A stretch of DNA of 26,454 bases from Acidobacteriota bacterium (GTDB lineage Bacteria; Acidobacteriota; UBA6911; RPQK01; JADFOI01): assembly GCA_036446935.1 (NCBI GenBank), contig JAZFTY010000446.1, positions 1-26,454 on the forward strand. Direction: 5' to 3'. Numbering within the stretch: position 1 is the first letter of the stretch; the number at the start of each line of letters is the position of its first letter. Below are positions 24,095-26,454 of this stretch, piece by piece. A model generated the notes under the pieces. The model had not been told where the DNA came from. It made no database searches and saw nothing but the letters and a program-made list of their open reading frames with translations. The position numbers and the translations under genes were made by a program.

Positions 24095-24130
24095 CTAGCG
24101 GATGATGCCTAAATTCTCTACTGCAGCGAC
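24095..24130 (+). repeat. Truncated, diverged copy of the element B left end
   Basis: CTAG--CGGATGATGCCTAAATTCTCTACTGCAGCGAC versus 12686-12723 CTAGCCCGGATGATGAATAAATTCTTTACTCCAGCGAC; 32 of 38 positions identical by manual alignment. Confidence 0.7.
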
Positions 24131-24208
24131 CCAATCACCCACCCTGCCACTGCACGCTGGGTCGGCGCCCCCCCCCCGAGCACCGCCTCAATCCGATAAA
24201 CTTAATGT

Positions 24209-26221
24209 ATGCATCTGGATACGCAGCTTGTAGCTGCCCTTCTAGTCTTCGGCCTGATCGCCCTTGCTTCCCGCCAGATCGGAACCTTCTTTACCCGCAT
24301 TCACTTTCCACTGGTGACGGGATTCCTGCTCACCGGCATCCTAGCGGGCCCCCAGTTCTTGCAAGTCGTCAGCACCGGATCTCTGGCAAGAGTGCACTTT
24401 CTTGACCAGATTGCTTTGGGATTCATTGGGTTTGCCGCGGGAGCCCATCTCTACTTGCCTGAATTCAAGAGCCGTTTTCGCACCATCCGCTGGGTGACGC
24501 TGGGGCTGGTGGTGTCCACCTACACACTGTCGACCCTGGCTGTCTATCTGCTGGCCGGTGCGATTCCTTTCATGGCAACGCTGCCGGCACCGGCACGTCT
24601 CGGCATAGCTCTGATGGCAGCCGCGATTATGGTGGCCCGTTCACCTTCGTCGGCCATAGCCGTCATCAATGAACTGCGAGCGAGCGGGCCCTTCACGCGC
24701 ATGGTGCTGGGAGTGACGGTCACCATGGACGTGGTCGTCATCATCCTCTTTACCATCAGTTCCTCGATCGCTGATGCACTCCTGGGCCAGTTGGGCCTCC
24801 AGTTTAGCCTGGTCCTTTTGGTTGTGGCAGAGATTGTCATGGCTGCAGGTCTGGGAGTGATTTTGGGAAAAATCATCGCCCTCCTTTCACCCATCCCGCT
24901 AAACGGTGTCCTAAAGGGCATTCTGCTGCTGGCCTGCAACTACCTGGTCTTTCCTTTTTCTTCCTTCCTGCATCACTTGTCCCGCGACTCGTGGGAAGTG
25001 GAAATATTCTTAGAGCCCCTCCTGGTGTGCATGGTGGCGGGATTCGTGGTGACCAATTTCAGCGCGAGCCGCACCGAGTTTCAGCGGCTCGTCGATCTCG
25101 TTGGTCCGACCGTCTACATCACCTTCTTTACTTTGGTCGGTGCATCGCTAGCCTTTGACACGCTCTTACAGACCTGGCACATCGCCCTGCTCCTTTTCTC
25201 CGTCCGCCTGCTCGGCATCTTTATGGGTTCGGTGGTCGGCGGCATGGCGGCTGGAGACCCTTGGAGGCTTAACCGCATCAGCTGGATGACCTTCGTGACC
25301 CAGGCTGGAATCGGGCTGGGACTGGCACGTGAGGTGGCCGTGGAGTTCCCCGAGTGGGGAGAGGCCTTTGCAGCCATGATGATCGCAGTGATCATCCTCA
25401 ACCAACTGGTGGGACCACCGCTCTTCAAGTGGGCCCTTCACATGGCCGGTGAATCACACGTGAGGGCCGGCCGTCGCGATCTTCGCGGCCTACCCGTCGC
25501 CTTCATTTTTGGTTTGGAGGGCCAGTCTTTGGCACTGGCCCGGCAGCTCAATGCCCACGGCTGGGTGGTCCATGTGCTCACCCTGAAATCAGAGCCGATC
25601 GAGGAGGTTCCAGAGCGGGGGATCGAGATCGTCCCCATGCTGGATCTGAGCCCCGCTTCTCTGGAGAAAATAGGAGCAGGAAAGGCTCAGGCTAGTGTGG
25701 CCTTGATGCGGGACGAGGAAAAGCTTGAGATCTGTCAGGCCGCCTACGAGCGATTCGGGACACAGTGCGTGATCGTGCGATCCCATGACCGCTCTTATTG
25801 GGAGCGCTACAGGGCTCTGGGAGCGACCATTCTTGACCCCGGTCTGGCCATGGTGAACCTACTCGACCATTTCGTCCGCTCGCCGGCGGCGGCGGCACTA
25901 CTCCTGGGCATGGAAACAGGACAAGACGTCGTCGAGTTGGTCGTCTCCAATCCCAACCTGCAAGGCACAGCCCTCAGGGACCTGCAACTTCCGGGGGATA
26001 CGCTGGTCCTCAGCGTGTTTAGAAACCGCGCCTCACTCATCTGCCACGGCTACACACGCCTGCATGTGGGAGACCACATCACCATCGTCGGTTCCGAATC
26101 CTCCCTGGAAGAAATCCAACTCAGATTTTCTGACTACGTGGGTCTTGAGCCCGAGCAAAACATACAGAGAGACTCCCGCGATACGTCACCCTCGAAAGCA
26201 CCCAAGTACTCCCTCTCATAA
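24209..26221 (+). CDS. Cation:proton antiporter (CPA2/Kef-like) with C-terminal RCK_N and RCK_C (TrkA-type) domains
   Basis: About 12 TM helices, GFLLTGILAGP, ARSPSSAIAVINE, TMD, QAGIGLGLA; the soluble tail resembles TrkA-N/TrkA-C (LRDLQLPGDTLVLSVFR...LHVGDHITIVG). Confidence 0.88.
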   Translation: MHLDTQLVAALLVFGLIALASRQIGTFFTRIHFPLVTGFLLTGILAGPQFLQVVSTGSLARVHFLDQIALGFIGFAAGAHLYLPEFKSRFRTIRWVTLGLVVSTYTLSTLAVYLLAGAIPFMATLPAPARLGIALMAAAIMVARSPSSAIAVINELRASGPFTRMVLGVTVTMDVVVIILFTISSSIADALLGQLGLQFSLVLLVVAEIVMAAGLGVILGKIIALLSPIPLNGVLKGILLLACNYLVFPFSSFLHHLSRDSWEVEIFLEPLLVCMVAGFVVTNFSASRTEFQRLVDLVGPTVYITFFTLVGASLAFDTLLQTWHIALLLFSVRLLGIFMGSVVGGMAAGDPWRLNRISWMTFVTQAGIGLGLAREVAVEFPEWGEAFAAMMIAVIILNQLVGPPLFKWALHMAGESHVRAGRRDLRGLPVAFIFGLEGQSLALARQLNAHGWVVHVLTLKSEPIEEVPERGIEIVPMLDLSPASLEKIGAGKAQASVALMRDEEKLEICQAAYERFGTQCVIVRSHDRSYWERYRALGATILDPGLAMVNLLDHFVRSPAAAALLLGMETGQDVVELVVSNPNLQGTALRDLQLPGDTLVLSVFRNRASLICHGYTRLHVGDHITIVGSESSLEEIQLRFSDYVGLEPEQNIQRDSRDTSPSKAPKYSLS

Positions 26222-26386
26222 TAGAAGCGGTGCAACCGGAGACAGGTGATACTGGGGACGTCTTTTCCTGAGAAGATCAAGTTAGCAGATTCAAACTGTT
26301 GTCGACAGCGAGAACACCTCTCCCCTTTATTTCCCCTCTTGCCTCAAAAAGTGAACTCCTCTCTTTCCCACTCTATTCCCCTCAGT

Positions 26387-26452
26387 TCACCATTCCTCTG
26401 GTACCTGTCCTGTTCTGTCCTTGATCAGTTTTAAAACTATGGGCAGATCCCT
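26387..26452 (-). CDS. Possible 3' end of a gene entering from the right edge
   Basis: One minus-strand frame reads RDLPIVLKLIKDRTGQVPEEW* and looks protein-like, but it is too short to identify. Confidence 0.25.
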   Translation of the reverse strand, partial: RDLPIVLKLIKDRTGQVPEEW

Positions 26453-26454
26453 TC

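Noticed and set aside
26351-26390. GTGAACT...AGTTCAC inverted repeat followed by T5 on the minus strand
   Set aside because: A 7-bp stem with a 26-nt unpaired purine loop is too weak to call a terminator.

Overview
This window is bacterial chromosome, probably Acidobacteriota (inferred from the secreted VWA-domain protein and the futalosine-pathway mqnA). Bases 1-11964 are mostly housekeeping. On the minus strand are an EF-G paralogue, lgt, rluD and a partial VWA gene, plus dprA-topA. On the plus strand are an animal-type glutaminyl-cyclase-like M28 enzyme, an unknown membrane protein, an MBL hydrolase and mqnA. Bases 11991-24130 look like an accessory block. It starts with an orphan kaiB bracketed by two inverted, related MITE-like elements. 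It continues with a PAS histidine kinase ending in a degenerate GGDEF domain with an intact RxxD I-site, a single-domain receiver, a 1232-aa membrane-anchored HEAT protein and a processive GT2. It ends with an unannotated small single-TM ORF, a secreted CBM-like/GH-like protein and a convergent TPR + YaiO-like beta-barrel gene. The best interpretation is an uncharacterised synthase-dependent exopolysaccharide system wired to KaiB, two-component and c-di-GMP inputs. Intergenic DNA is rich in structure: heptamer arrays, GNA-triloop mini-hairpins, long palindromes overlapping stop codons, and a dispersed CTAR-CCCGGATKATG element end. A CPA2-type antiporter with RCK domains closes the window. All calls come from manual motif reading; no database searches were run.
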